NCBI GenBank assembly: GCA_964463485.1
Contig: CAYXDO010000015.1
Coordinates: 34,259-98,258 of the forward strand
Length of the DNA stretch: 64,000 nucleotides
Source of the DNA: an uncultured Myxococcales bacterium
GTDB lineage: Bacteria > Myxococcota > Kuafuiibacteriia > Kuafuiibacteriales > Kuafuiibacteriaceae
Reading direction: 5' to 3'
Translations under genes and position numbers: made by a program
Shown here: positions 1 to 8,214 of the stretch, in pieces
Layout: each line of letters starts with the position of its first letter
Numbering within the stretch: the first letter of the stretch is position 1
The notes under the pieces: model-generated
The model's database searches: none
What the model was told of the DNA's origin: nothing
Seen by the model: the letters and a program-made list of their open reading frames with translations, nothing else

Positions 1-2720
1 ACAAGCGCCCCCACGTCGCGACGATCGACTTCGATTCACCGAGCTACGAACGAGAGCTGGATACGCTCGCGACGCAGCTCGGAGCGCGACCGTACGTCAT
101 CGCCGCGCTCACGAAATACGACTGGCTCTACTTCGGGACCGATATCGGCTTTCGGCTCTCGCAGAAGGGATCGCGCTATTTAGGCGCTTCTTTGGGGCTC
201 GACGATCACGCGGCTCGGCGCGCGCTTTCGCAGGCCGACGCGAGGTCGACGGCGGAGCTTTTGGCTCCGATTCGATCGGCCCTCGCACGTTTGGGAGCGC
301 TCGGCTCGATCTTGGGTTTGGCGCTCTTGCTTCGGCTGGTTTGTGCGCCGTTTGCGTGGTTCGAAGCGCTGTCCGCTCATGCGCGCAAGCGGATCTCCAA
401 AGACTCGCTCTACCTTGGCCTGGAGCGAGTCGCGCTGCGCTCGATCGGCGTGCGCCCCACGCTCGCCGCGCTCGGCCTGTTCGCGGCTTGGCTTCCGCTC
501 TTGGTCGCGTGGCCGCTGCTCCTGTACGAGGGCGGACCGCTGGCCGGCAGCGCACTCGAGAGACCCAGCGTGGCCGGTCTCGCGATGCTGTTGCTCGTCG
601 TGCTCGCGCGAGTGTCGATGCGAGCGGGCGTTCCTCGAGGCTCTAGGATGGTCTACCTGAGCGCGGCCTTCGCGGGTGCGGCTTGGCTCGCTTCCGAGCT
701 CGCGCTCGGGCTGTCGCTCTTCGCGACGTGTTTCATCGCGCTCGGTCTGCCGCTCGAATGGTGGGCGACGCGACGGGTGTCGACGCGCCTCCGAGTCGCC
801 GAGGAGGTTCAGCCCGGAGCGACCATTCGCGTCGGTGATGTCGAGCTCTCCTCGTTGCCCTCGTTCCGAGCGAGCGCATCCAAAGCGGGTCGACTCGCGG
901 AGCTCGCGCGTTTGTCGACGACGCTCTTCCGCGTGCCCAAAGGCGTGGTGCTCGAGGGACCGCTCACAGATCCGGCGAAGAGCCGAGTCGCCGCGACCTT
1001 GGCAACAGAGCATTTGATCGCGGACTCGTATGCGGTTCGTTCGAGCGCTCCGAAGGAAGATGCTTCGGGCTCGACGCAAGCCGGCAAGTTCCTCACGAAG
1101 CTGAAGGTGGCTCCCGAGTCACTCGCAGACGCGATCGAAGCGGTGGCGCGGAGCTACGGGGACAATGAAGATCGCGCGATCGTGATCGTGCAGGAGATGG
1201 CGCCGGCCAGATCCGCTGGGGTCGCGTTTTCGCGGTCGTTCGCGAGCCCCGCGATCACCCACGTGGAGCTCGGGCTCGGGCTCGCGGACGCTCGGCTCTC
1301 GGGAGAGGAGCAGCCGAGCTCGGTCGGTGTGTCTTGGTTGAGCGGTCGTTCGTTCCCATCCAAGCTCGACGGCGCCGCCGAAGACGCGGCCCTCGTCTCG
1401 CGCGTGCTCGAGGTCCGATTCAGAGCACCGCAAGACGTCGAGTGGGTGCACGACGGTCGCACTCTGTTCGTCGTTCAGTCACGCGACGCGGCGATTTCGA
1501 GCTCGATCGTTCAGGCCGAGCAGGAGCGTATCGTGCGCTCGCTCGATCGGTTCGATGGGAAGCTCGTTCCCGGAGACGCACTTCCGCCGAACGCTTCGAT
1601 TCTGTCGATGTCGATCGTCGCACGAACTTACTCCGACGGCCTTCCGCGAGCGATTCGAGCGCTCGGCGGCCGACCTGGCCGAGTAGCAGCGCTGGTCGCT
1701 TTTGGACGGCTGTACACCGCGACGGGTCGAATCTCGATACGGACGCCAAAGGACGCGACGGCGCGGATCGCACGTCTGAGATCGTCGATCGACGAGCTGG
1801 AAGCGAAGGCCACGCTCAGGACGCACGATGCGAAGAGCATTCACGCGGCGCTTCTCGAGGTTTCGGCTGACACGAGCGTGTCGTTCGAGACCGCGCTGCT
1901 CGCGGCCGCGCTCGATCACGGCGGATCGTCGCGGGTTCGCACGATCACCACCGAGCTCTTCGAGGGCCTTGGCGCCGTAGGGCGTGGCGAGCAGCTCGCT
2001 GAGTTTGTCGCGAAGTTCGGTCATCGCGCGGAGCACGACTACGAGCTCGCGCTGCCCAGCTTCGCGGAGGATCGCTCCGCGCTCGAGCTCTTCGCGCGGC
2101 GACACGCCCGCTGGCCTGCTTCGCGAACGGGCGACAGATCGGGGACGGCTGTGGAGATCATTCGTCTGAAGGAACGCGCCAAGGACGTCGTCGTTCGGCG
2201 CCTGAGATCCGTGCGACCGGCGCTCCTTGCGCTCGGCGCTCGGCTCGGCATCGATCCGTTCGCGCTCGAGCTCGACGATCTGTTGCTCGACGACGCTGAG
2301 CTCGCGGAGGCCGCGCGGCGGCGGGCCGCGGAGCGGGAGATTCTGCTTCGTCAGGAGCTTCCGGAGCGACCGACGAGAGAGGACTTCGAGCGATTGGGAG
2401 CCGACATAGGCGACGGTGCCGCGGGCGTCCGGTTCATCTCGGGCGGTGCGTTCGAAGGTCGGGTCGTCTTCGGACCCCCTGAGGGCGACCCGAGCGGGCT
2501 CGTGTGTGTGGTCCCGAGCCTGAGCCCCGAGCTGACCGCATCGCTGCCTGGCCTCGCCGGCGTCTTGGCGAAGGCGGGCGGAGCTTTGTCGCACCCAGCC
2601 ATCGTCGCGCGGGAGCTCGGTGTACCCATCGCGATTTCGGCAGACGAGGGGATGAGTTTGAGAGAAGGGGACTTCGTGGAGGTGAGGGCTTCGGGAGTCA
2701 CGGTTCGCCGCGGCGTTTGA
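1..2720 (+). CDS. 5'-partial CDS. Membrane-anchored PEP-utilising-enzyme family protein: N-terminal TM helices, a PPDK_N/PEP-synthase-like ATP-grasp nucleotide-binding domain and a C-terminal swivel-His mobile domain.
   Basis: The frame of ORF 192..2720 stays open with high GC3 back to position 3 of the window, so the gene starts upstream. At least four hydrophobic segments (LGLALLLRLVCAPFAWF, LGLFAAWLPLLVAWPLLLY, and others). Motif VRSSAPKEDASGSTQAGKFLTKLKV matches the PPDK_N signature VRSSAxxED..SFAGQ. C-terminal GGALSHPAIVARELGVPIAI matches the PEP-utilisers phospho-His site. Confidence 0.6.
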   Translation, partial: KRPHVATIDFDSPSYERELDTLATQLGARPYVIAALTKYDWLYFGTDIGFRLSQKGSRYLGASLGLDDHAARRALSQADARSTAELLAPIRSALARLGALGSILGLALLLRLVCAPFAWFEALSAHARKRISKDSLYLGLERVALRSIGVRPTLAALGLFAAWLPLLVAWPLLLYEGGPLAGSALERPSVAGLAMLLLVVLARVSMRAGVPRGSRMVYLSAAFAGAAWLASELALGLSLFATCFIALGLPLEWWATRRVSTRLRVAEEVQPGATIRVGDVELSSLPSFRASASKAGRLAELARLSTTLFRVPKGVVLEGPLTDPAKSRVAATLATEHLIADSYAVRSSAPKEDASGSTQAGKFLTKLKVAPESLADAIEAVARSYGDNEDRAIVIVQEMAPARSAGVAFSRSFASPAITHVELGLGLADARLSGEEQPSSVGVSWLSGRSFPSKLDGAAEDAALVSRVLEVRFRAPQDVEWVHDGRTLFVVQSRDAAISSSIVQAEQERIVRSLDRFDGKLVPGDALPPNASILSMSIVARTYSDGLPRAIRALGGRPGRVAALVAFGRLYTATGRISIRTPKDATARIARLRSSIDELEAKATLRTHDAKSIHAALLEVSADTSVSFETALLAAALDHGGSSRVRTITTELFEGLGAVGRGEQLAEFVAKFGHRAEHDYELALPSFAEDRSALELFARRHARWPASRTGDRSGTAVEIIRLKERAKDVVVRRLRSVRPALLALGARLGIDPFALELDDLLLDDAELAEAARRRAAEREILLRQELPERPTREDFERLGADIGDGAAGVRFISGGAFEGRVVFGPPEGDPSGLVCVVPSLSPELTASLPGLAGVLAKAGGALSHPAIVARELGVPIAISADEGMSLREGDFVEVRASGVTVRRGV

Positions 2721-2771
2721 CGAAGTCAGCGAGTCTTCGAACGAGTTGCTGCGAACCAGGGTGCGACAAGC

Positions 2772-3899
2772 TCATTCTCGGCCTGCGAGCGAGCTCAGGA
2801 CCAAATCGTACCGCGCCGAGACATGATCGAGCCCGTACGTACTCACAGCCCGCTGGCGCGCGGCGAGGCCCAGGCGACGACGTAGTCCTTCATCCTTCGA
2901 GAGCGCCCGGAGGACGGTTCCGAGCTCGGAGACTTCTGGGGTGACGACGAGGCCCGTCGAGTCATGATCGATCAAGCTGGCGATCCCCGGTGCGTCAGCT
3001 CCCACGCAGGCACAGCCACAAGCCATCGCCTCAATCAGGGCCTTGGAGTTCCCTTCTCGCTTGGACAAAATGACAAAGACTCGGGCCGCGTTGAGCAGCT
3101 CGGGGAGCGACTGGTTCTCGACGCGAGCGATGAACTCGACCGGCACGCCGCGCGCACGTGCGAGGGCGCGGAGGCGCGTCTCGGCCTCGCCGGTGCCTAC
3201 GATGGCCGCGCAGAGCCCGGTCCCGGCCAAGGCTTCGATCAACAAATCGTGACGTTTGTGATCGTCGAGTCTACCCACCGACACCACGTCATGGCGCGGC
3301 AAGGCGGGGCGCGGCCGAAACAAGTCGGTGTCGACGAAATTGGGCACGACGTGGATGATACGCGGTCCGAGACCGTAGCGGACTCTCGCGAACTCAGCCA
3401 ACTCCGCGGTGGGCAGAATACACTCGGCAGCGGCCCGATGGACGAACCGCTCTTCGAGGATGATTCGCTTCGCTCGCAGTGAGTCATCATTGCGAAGGGT
3501 GAACGCGTCGCCGAGCAGGTTGCCCGAGCGGGCCACGAGCGGAGCTCCCCAGATCTTGGCGGCGATCACGGCTGGGAGGCCGCCGTGGGCTTGGTTCGTC
3601 ATGATCACATGGGGGCGTTCGGAGGGTCTCGGAGGCTTGAGCCACGGGATGAGGAGGCCGTAGGCCGTAGACCAAGCTTTTGGGAGCACGAACGGCCATT
3701 GGGGTACGATGAGTCCCTCGAAACCGCCCGCGGGGACATAGGGAAGGCGGTCGAAGGTGTAGATCGCCACGCGCCAACCTCGCTCGCCGAGCGCGCGGTA
3801 AAGGGCGAGCTCACGGGAGAGGGAACCCACGCGTTCCCAGGTGCGCAGGCCGCGGCCGGTGGTCAGAAACACGGCGAGCCGCTTTTCCCTCGGGCGCAC
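2772..3899 (-). CDS. Glycosyltransferase family 1 (GT4-like, GT-B fold)
   Basis: 375-aa ORF. C-terminal EGNSKALIEAMACGCACVGADAPGIASLIDHDSTGLVV is a typical GT1 E-x7-E region. Converges on the 3' end of the upstream + gene. Confidence 0.8.
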   Translation of the reverse strand: MRPREKRLAVFLTTGRGLRTWERVGSLSRELALYRALGERGWRVAIYTFDRLPYVPAGGFEGLIVPQWPFVLPKAWSTAYGLLIPWLKPPRPSERPHVIMTNQAHGGLPAVIAAKIWGAPLVARSGNLLGDAFTLRNDDSLRAKRIILEERFVHRAAAECILPTAELAEFARVRYGLGPRIIHVVPNFVDTDLFRPRPALPRHDVVSVGRLDDHKRHDLLIEALAGTGLCAAIVGTGEAETRLRALARARGVPVEFIARVENQSLPELLNAARVFVILSKREGNSKALIEAMACGCACVGADAPGIASLIDHDSTGLVVTPEVSELGTVLRALSKDEGLRRRLGLAARQRAVSTYGLDHVSARYDLVLSSLAGRE

Positions 3900-3915
3900 T
3901 TTCGACTCTTCTCTG

Positions 3916-4767
3916 CTACCGACGTCTCGCGGAGAAATAGCCCCACACCGCGCCGGTCGCGGTGGCGGCGGCGAGGGCGAGGTGACCGATCGCGAGGCTG
4001 GGCTCCATGGAGGCCGAGTTGGTCTGTGACGCGAGCCCGACTCTATCGATCCCTCTCGCGGTCAGCGAGCGGAGCGACGTACCGTGCAGCGCGACCGAGC
4101 GGCCGCAGCCGTATCCAACACCAATGGCCTTCTCCAAAAGCTGCCTTGGAGAACGGCGAGACGGGTGCTCCACCACGACGTCGTCCCGGTAGGCGATCGC
4201 AAAACCGAAGCTCGCGGCCCGCCGACCGATTTCTGCGTCTTCTTCGTACTTGCTGAGTCGCTCGTCGAAGCCACCCGCACTCGTGAGGACTTCCCTCCGC
4301 ACGAACAAATTTGCCGTTGCTCCGAATCCTTCGCGCACATATCTTTCTTGCCGAAGGAAACGCGAGCGGTCGAGGCGCTCGGTGTACGTGGGTGGGTCGC
4401 CGGTCGAAATGACGATCCGACCGGCAACGCGCGGAGAGTCAGCCACTGCTGCGACCCCTCGTTCCAGCCAGTCAGGGCGAGGCCGGCAATCAGCGTCCGT
4501 GAATGCGACAATTTGACCCGTCGAGCTCGTCCAGCCCGTGTTTCTAGCTGCGGCGACATTTCCGCCCCCAACTCTTCGAATGACTCGGAAAGGACGAGAT
4601 GCGCGATCGAAGAGCTCTTCGGGATGGTCTTCAGACCCATCGTCGACGACGATCACTTCGAAGTCGTCGCGCGGAAGCGTTTGGGTCTCGAGAGCTCCGA
4701 TCAGATCCGGGAGGAGTGCTCGACCATTTCTAACGGGGACGACGACGGAGATCCTCGCAGCCTTCAT
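3916..4767 (-). CDS. Glycosyltransferase family 2
   Basis: N-terminal ISVVVPVRNGRALLPDLIGALETQT...FEVIVVDDGSED is a GT2 DXD-type signature. 16 nt downstream gap to the GT1 gene on the same strand. Confidence 0.8.
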   Translation of the reverse strand: MKAARISVVVPVRNGRALLPDLIGALETQTLPRDDFEVIVVDDGSEDHPEELFDRASRPFRVIRRVGGGNVAAARNTGWTSSTGQIVAFTDADCRPRPDWLERGVAAVADSPRVAGRIVISTGDPPTYTERLDRSRFLRQERYVREGFGATANLFVRREVLTSAGGFDERLSKYEEDAEIGRRAASFGFAIAYRDDVVVEHPSRRSPRQLLEKAIGVGYGCGRSVALHGTSLRSLTARGIDRVGLASQTNSASMEPSLAIGHLALAAATATGAVWGYFSARRR

Positions 4768-4832
4768 GTCACCTACTCTCGAACGGTCCTACTCGAGGAG
4801 CCGTGGACGTCCAGTCCTAACAGAAGTCGCTG

Positions 4833-5963
4833 GTGTTGGGCGAGAGGGGCTCGCTAGGAGTCGCGAAGCCCAGGCCGGCGACCGTTCCTTCGCCGGGTCA
4901 GCCATGCTACTCTTTCGCGGTGCAGGTTCTCATCTACGGGGCCGGGTCGATAGGCAATCACCTCGCCTTCGCATGCAGAGAGAGGGACTGGGAAGTCACC
5001 GTCGTCGATGTGGACAGTGCCGCCCTGGAGAGGATGCGGAGCGAAATCTATCCCAAGAGGTACGGCGCGTGGGACCCTGCGATCCGCCTGCAGCTCGGGG
5101 AGGAGGCCGCGGGGGCGGACTTGGTCATCGTCGGGACTCCGCCCGATTCCCACCTCGAATTGGCCGAACGCGCTTTGCGCCTGCGGCCTAGAATCGTGCT
5201 CATCGAGAAGCCGTTGTCGGTTCCGTTTTCCGACTTCAGCGTGGTCGAGCGGCTCGCGCGGGAAACGGGCACTCGCGTTCTGGTAGGTTACAATCATCTC
5301 CTTTGCCGGAATACGAGACACGTCGAGCAGTTGCTTGCCGAGGGTGCGATTGGAGCGCCTATCACGATTCGGGTGAGCTGGGTCGAGTCGTGGGTCGGAA
5401 TCCTGAGGGCCCACCCATGGCTCGCTGGCCCCGAGGCTTCCTACTTGGGAAACTGGGAGCGGGGAGGCGGCTCGCTCTGCGAGCACTCCCACGGGTTGAA
5501 CCTCTTTCAACATTTTGCGCGAACTCTTGGGTTTGGCGAAGTCGAGCTCGTGAGTGCGTCTTTCGACTTCGTCGAGCAGCCGGGTTCTTCGTACGATCGG
5601 ATCGCGCAGCTTCATCTCAGGACCGAAGGCGGGTTGACCGGGCTCGTCACTCAGGACGTGGTTCAAGATCCGCCGGAGAAGAGACTTACGATCGTCGGTG
5701 CGGACGGTGTGCTGAGTTGGTACGGCGCGCGTCCCGACTCGACCGACGGGGTCGTGCTCGAGTCTCGAGGCCGCCGGGAGGAGCGGACTTTCGTCCGATC
5801 GCGCCCGGACGACTTTCGCGGGGAGATCTCACATGTGGCTGACGTCCTAGCGGACCGTGAGCTCGAATCGCCGCTCTCGTTGGAGCACGGTATTCGGACC
5901 ATGAAGGTCATCGACGGAGCGTTCCGAAGCGCGCGCGAGCGCCGCTCGGAGGGGCTTCGATGA
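4833..5963 (+). CDS. Gfo/Idh/MocA-family NAD(P)-dependent oxidoreductase. Start is GTG at 4833 or possibly GTG at 4920.
   Basis: Rossmann motif VLIYGAGSIGNHLA, then VGTPPDSHLELAERAL...IVLIEKPLS typical of Gfo/Idh/MocA. The stop overlaps the next gene's start (ATGA at 5960-5963). Confidence 0.65.
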   Translation: MLGERGSLGVAKPRPATVPSPGQPCYSFAVQVLIYGAGSIGNHLAFACRERDWEVTVVDVDSAALERMRSEIYPKRYGAWDPAIRLQLGEEAAGADLVIVGTPPDSHLELAERALRLRPRIVLIEKPLSVPFSDFSVVERLARETGTRVLVGYNHLLCRNTRHVEQLLAEGAIGAPITIRVSWVESWVGILRAHPWLAGPEASYLGNWERGGGSLCEHSHGLNLFQHFARTLGFGEVELVSASFDFVEQPGSSYDRIAQLHLRTEGGLTGLVTQDVVQDPPEKRLTIVGADGVLSWYGARPDSTDGVVLESRGRREERTFVRSRPDDFRGEISHVADVLADRELESPLSLEHGIRTMKVIDGAFRSARERRSEGLR

Positions 5964-7492
5964 CACGCTTCGCTTTCGACCCGCTCTTCGTTTTCGACTT
6001 GGCGAACAACCATCAAGGAAGCCTGGACCACGGGCTGAGGATCGTGTCCGCCATTGGCGAGGTGGTGCGAGGCGAAGGGGTTCGGGCAGCGCTCAAGGTT
6101 CAACTCCGCCACCTCGAGAGCTTCATTCACCCGGCAGCTCGGGGCTCGAAGGAGAACCGCCACGTCGAGCGGTTTTTGAGCACGGCGCTCTCTGGCGAGG
6201 ATTTCGGAAGACTCATCGCTGCGGTCAGGACTGCCGGTCTGATTCCGATGGCGACTCCGTTCGACGAGAAGTCGGTGGACTCGTTGGAAGAGCTCGGTGT
6301 CGAGGTCGTCAAGATCGGAAGTTGCTCGGCGACGGACTGGCCGTTGATTCGCCGGGTCTGCGCCTCAGGCCGGCCGGTCATCGCCTCGACTGGCGGCATG
6401 TCGCTGATCGACATTGACCGGCTCGTGGCGACGTTCACAACGCACGACGTGGAGTTCGCGCTCATGCACTGTGTTTCGATTTATCCGACTCCTGACGACG
6501 CGTTGAGGTTGAATCAGATCGACGTCCTTCGGGCTCGCTATCCTTGGATCACGGTGGGCTTTTCGACGCACGAGACGCCGACGAATCTCACCGCCGTTCA
6601 GCTTGCGTATGCGAAAGGTGCCCGGATTTTCGAGCGGCACGTCGGCCTGCCCGCCGCGGGCATCGTGCTCAACGCCTACTCGTCGACGCCCGAACAAGTC
6701 CGCGACTGGATTCGCGCGCACGAGCACGCGCGAGCGATGTGTGGAGGTACGAGGCGAGCGCCCTCACCCCTCGGCGAGCTGGAGTCGCTTCGCTCCTTGA
6801 TGCGAGGTGTGTTCGCGAGCAGACCCATCGCTCGCGGCCAAACGATCGCGCGAGACGACGTGTTCTTCGCGATGCCCCTCACGGCTGGACAGCTGAGTTG
6901 TTCTCAGTGGACCGAGGGACTGACCGCCGATGGCGATTATGAACAGCTTGCGCCGCTGTCGTTGAAGCTCGCGGAGCGCGAGAAGACGCGAGAACAACTC
7001 GTCTCCGAGATTCTGCTGCAGGTGAAGGGAGCGCTGAGTAGCGCGCGCATTGCCGTCAATCGCGACGCGAGCTTCGAGATCTCGCACCACTATGGGCTCC
7101 AACGTTTTCGAGAGTTTGGAGCAGTGATCGTCACTTGCGTGAACCGGCAGTATTGCAAGAAGCTGCTCGTGCTGCTGCCTCGGCAGAAGCATCCCTATCA
7201 CATGCATCGAACCAAGGAGGAGACGTTCCAGCTCCTCGCAGGAGATCTCGAGCTCGAGCGCGACGGGACACCCATCACCCTTCGACCAGGTGACACGGCG
7301 CTCGTGGGTCCCGGCGTCTGGCACAAGTTTCACACCCTTGGGGGCGCGGTGATCGAGGAGATCTCCACGACGGACTCACCCAACGACTCGGTGTACGAAG
7401 ACTGGCGAATCAACTCGCTCGCGCCGGCCGAACGCAAGACGTCCGTGCGCGGTATCGAAACGAATCTCGAACAGCCCGAGCTTTCCGAGTAG
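5960..7492 (+). CDS. N-acylneuraminate (nonulosonic acid) synthase family protein: NeuB-like TIM barrel, SAF domain and an extra C-terminal cupin domain
   Basis: N-terminal VFDLANNHQGSLDHGLRIVSAIG resembles the NeuB/PseI/SpsE IAEIGxNHNG motif. A mid-region SAF-like segment (ARGQTIARDDVFFAMP). The last ~150 aa (HMHRTKEETFQLLAGDLELERDGTPITLRPGDTALVGPGVWHKFHT) is cupin_2-like. Confidence 0.7.
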   Translation: MTRFAFDPLFVFDLANNHQGSLDHGLRIVSAIGEVVRGEGVRAALKVQLRHLESFIHPAARGSKENRHVERFLSTALSGEDFGRLIAAVRTAGLIPMATPFDEKSVDSLEELGVEVVKIGSCSATDWPLIRRVCASGRPVIASTGGMSLIDIDRLVATFTTHDVEFALMHCVSIYPTPDDALRLNQIDVLRARYPWITVGFSTHETPTNLTAVQLAYAKGARIFERHVGLPAAGIVLNAYSSTPEQVRDWIRAHEHARAMCGGTRRAPSPLGELESLRSLMRGVFASRPIARGQTIARDDVFFAMPLTAGQLSCSQWTEGLTADGDYEQLAPLSLKLAEREKTREQLVSEILLQVKGALSSARIAVNRDASFEISHHYGLQRFREFGAVIVTCVNRQYCKKLLVLLPRQKHPYHMHRTKEETFQLLAGDLELERDGTPITLRPGDTALVGPGVWHKFHTLGGAVIEEISTTDSPNDSVYEDWRINSLAPAERKTSVRGIETNLEQPELSE

Positions 7493-7495
7493 ATC

Positions 7496-8206
7496 GTGTT
7501 CTCTAGCAAGCGAACGTTGGTCGTAGTCCCGGCGAGGGGTGGGAGCCAAGGGATCCCGCTCAAGAACCTCAAGATCGTCGGCGGGCGGTCACTTTTGGCA
7601 CGAACCGGCGAGGTCGTTTCGCAGCTCGATTTCGTCGATCGCGCGGTCTGCTCGACGGATCATCCGCGCATCGCCGAGGAAGCTCGCGCGGTCGGTCTCG
7701 AGACTCCGTTCGTGAGGCCACAGACTCTCTCGGGGCCGCTCGTCTCAGACGCCGAAGTGCTCGAGCACGCGCTACGCGAGGTCGAGCGGCAGGAGGGCGC
7801 CGAGTACGATCTGGTGGTCATGCTGCAGCCGACGTCGCCCTTGCGTCGCGCCGAAGACGTGACGGGCACGGTGAAGATGCTGGTCGAAGGCGGCTACGAC
7901 GCGGTGTGGACGGTGAGTCTGACCGATCCAAAGCACCACCCCCTCAAGCAGCTCATCATCGAAGGTGACGCCCTCGATTATTATGATGCGGAGGGAGCCC
8001 AGATCATCGCACGCCAACAACTCACTCCTGTATACCATCGGAATGGAGTTGCCTACGCCATCTCGCGTGGCTGCTTGCTCGAACGGCGAAGCATCAAGGG
8101 GTCGAGAACCGGCGCGATGATCGTCGAAGCTCCCGCGATCAGCATCGACACCGAGAGTGACTGCGACTTTGCGGAGTGGATCCTCTCTCGGAGGAGCTCC
8201 CGTTGA
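7496..8206 (+). CDS. Acylneuraminate cytidylyltransferase family (CMP-nonulosonic acid synthetase, NeuA/KdsB-like)
   Basis: N-terminal LVVVPARGGSQGIPLKNLKIVGGRSLL matches the NeuA PARGGSKGIPxKN signature. 236 aa, typical for a stand-alone NeuA domain. Begins 4 nt after the NeuB-like stop. Confidence 0.8.
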   Translation: MFSSKRTLVVVPARGGSQGIPLKNLKIVGGRSLLARTGEVVSQLDFVDRAVCSTDHPRIAEEARAVGLETPFVRPQTLSGPLVSDAEVLEHALREVERQEGAEYDLVVMLQPTSPLRRAEDVTGTVKMLVEGGYDAVWTVSLTDPKHHPLKQLIIEGDALDYYDAEGAQIIARQQLTPVYHRNGVAYAISRGCLLERRSIKGSRTGAMIVEAPAISIDTESDCDFAEWILSRRSSR

Positions 8207-8214
8207 TTCCGGAG

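Noticed and set aside
180-2594. Long minus-strand and alternative-frame ORFs (180..1079, 1479..2594, 1334..1870 and others) overlapping the PEP-utilising enzyme gene
   Set aside because: Arg/Ala/Ser-rich, low-complexity translations typical of the antisense or off frames of high-GC coding DNA. The + frame has recognisable PPDK_N and swivel-His motifs and consistent GC3.
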